A DNA stretch of 64,000 nt from positions 186,001 through 250,000 of IMG/VR virus record IMGVR_UViG_3300017971_000185. One strand, 5' to 3'. This document shows, in pieces, positions 63,679 through 64,000 of the stretch. Below the pieces are notes generated by a model. It was given only the letters and a program-made list of their open reading frames with translations. It ran no database searches and was not told the origin of the DNA. Within the stretch, counting starts at the first letter, position 1, and each line of letters starts with the position of its first letter. The translations under genes were made by a program, and so were the position numbers.

Positions 63679-64000
63679 GAATTCCGCCACTCCACTTCGA
63701 CTGGTATCGCAAGCACGACTCGTACCAGATCTACGAGATGGGCGAACAAGCGTTGGAGTCGCTGTCGGTTGAGAAATTCCTTGCTGGGTACTCGACGCAA
63801 ACCTACGATGACACGTTCCAGAAGTTTGGGCCGACCGCACACAGCACCATGATCTCGATGGTGATGTGGGCGCGTTGCGGACAACATGCTTACGTCGTTG
63901 GGCCAAAGGTCGCGGATGCCCTGTGCCGTACAAACCTGACAGGCATCAAGCCCAGCATGCTCACGCCTACCCATTCGGTGTTCTACATCGCTCTCCCTGA
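63675..64000 (+). CDS. Hypothetical protein, 3'-truncated by the window edge
   Basis: ATGA coupling. The frame MRIPPLHFDWY... is open to the window end. Confidence 0.55.
   Translation, partial: MRIPPLHFDWYRKHDSYQIYEMGEQALESLSVEKFLAGYSTQTYDDTFQKFGPTAHSTMISMVMWARCGQHAYVVGPKVADALCRTNLTGIKPSMLTPTHSVFYIALP

Noticed and set aside
1-64000. Genome-wide stop-codon reassignment
   Set aside because: Genes of up to 2543 codons are intact in the standard code, and TAG, TGA and TAA all end well-formed genes with coupled downstream starts. Only two local readthrough candidates were found.
1-64000. tRNA, rRNA or tmRNA genes
   Set aside because: No intergenic gap showed cloverleaf or T-loop (GTTCGA/GGTTCRA..CC) patterns by eye. 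tRNAscan-SE or ARAGORN would be needed to exclude them fully.

Overview
This window is about 60% GC and reads as part of a large tailed bacteriophage genome. No capsid, terminase or polymerase gene is present. A myxobacterial host is suggested by a Nannocystaceae-style acidic/Cys-rich lipoprotein and a GltG-like FHA domain; both resemblances are recalled, not searched. Layout: (1) 1-2.9 kb, the 3' part of a UvrD/Rep helicase plus one hypothetical gene. (2) 2.9-25.9 kb, a structural block with four very large Gly-rich fibre-like proteins (782, 2543, 1655, 1505 aa; two LamG domains), small partners, and an antisense lipoprotein gene inserted among them. (3) 25.9-64 kb, densely packed accessory genes: HAD RNA-repair-type phosphatase, amidase endolysin, SAM methyltransferase, a 928-aa 2H/ParB/zincin multidomain protein, FHA protein, Leu/Phe-tRNA-protein transferase (aat), polynucleotide kinase/phosphatase, sulfotransferase-like genes, RRM protein, IF-1 (infA), a stand-alone TnpB and ParB-like proteins. 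Patterns not explained by the gene list: a short helical tag, [RK]V[AVL]xx[YWHF]-like, at termini or domain joints of at least 8 unrelated proteins, mostly in operons carrying a candidate late promoter, which suggests a virion-loading or processing signal for injected enzymes; a fixed-spacing 28-nt promoter in 8 copies with ECF-sigma-like architecture; and four genes whose 5' end and body are out of frame by +1. Family assignments come from motif recognition by eye and need HMM confirmation. No CRISPR array, tRNA or rRNA was seen.
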